A stretch of DNA of 63,886 bases from Trypethelium eluteriae (lineage: Eukaryota), in contig JAVECL010000066.1 of NCBI GenBank assembly GCA_051942245.1, forward strand, positions 1 through 63,886. Reading direction: 5' to 3'. Positions 63,560 through 63,886 of the stretch are shown here, one piece after another (position 1 is the first letter of the stretch; each line of letters opens with the position of its first letter). The position numbers and the translations under genes are program-made. A model generated the notes under the pieces. It saw only the letters and a list, made by a program, of their open reading frames with translations. It was not told where the DNA came from and made no database searches.

Positions 63560-63796
63560 ATGTCGGATCCTTTTACTATCGCCAGTAGCACCGTTGGGTT
63601 CATTTCTCTCGGCATTCAGGTCACTCAGGGTCTTATCACTTATCTGCAGGACTGGAGGTCTCGAGACAGCGACGTCGCGACCACGGTCCTGACCTTACAG
63701 GACTTGGAGCAGACTCTGGAGCATTTAGGTTTCGTTCTAAATGGCAATGTGATGATGTTCATGATGTTCTTCATGAAGTTGATCCAATCAACCTAG
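63560..63796 (+). pseudogene. HeLo-like N-terminal domain fragment (fungal NLR/STAND-type N-terminus), truncated
   Basis: MSDPFTIASSTVGFISLGIQVTQGLITYLQDWRSRDSDV...LQDLEQTL is the typical HeLo-like first helix. The frame ends after 78 aa in a low-complexity (ATG ATG TTC)2 stretch. Confidence 0.55.
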
Positions 63797-63886
63797 CCTA
63801 CCGCGTAATCTCGCTATGCTCTACACGAGGGTCAATGCGCGAGATTCTCGAACCTACTACGTAGGTCCTCATTTTACTAGTTAATT

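Overview
This is intron-containing fungal genomic DNA (Pezizomycotina; Dothideomycete-like is only an inference). About 30 genes can be built by hand from GT-AG introns with CTAAC/CTGAC branch points. Two conserved housekeeping blocks (SMC4-PCYOX-VPS4-prefoldin 6 at about 7.5-19 kb; CTP1-MAM33-TMA16-EXO1 at about 38.8-45 kb) alternate with accessory regions. The main finding is at 48.9-51.4 kb, a candidate fungal RiPP (dikaritin-like) locus. It has a tiny secreted precursor (signal peptide, RR site, two 11-aa acidic Tyr units DSDEYIVYPDT / DRDEDVVYAYH) beside two DUF3328/UstYa oxidases, each with paired HxxHC motifs. A PTH11-like receptor, two P450s, a Zn2Cys6 factor and an SDR flank it. As written, the first DUF3328 gene is frameshifted by a perfect 20-nt tandem duplication. 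One P450 retains an in-frame intron whose acceptor reads TGG instead of TAG, so the cluster may be decaying. Other items are a tandem intact/degenerate RNase H pair with a shared Cys/His N-terminal domain, a 1341-aa intronless orphan, a tailoring-enzyme island with no backbone gene, and several pseudogene remnants. No rRNA, tRNA, CRISPR array or intact transposon was recognised. All family calls come from motif recognition by eye, not database searches.
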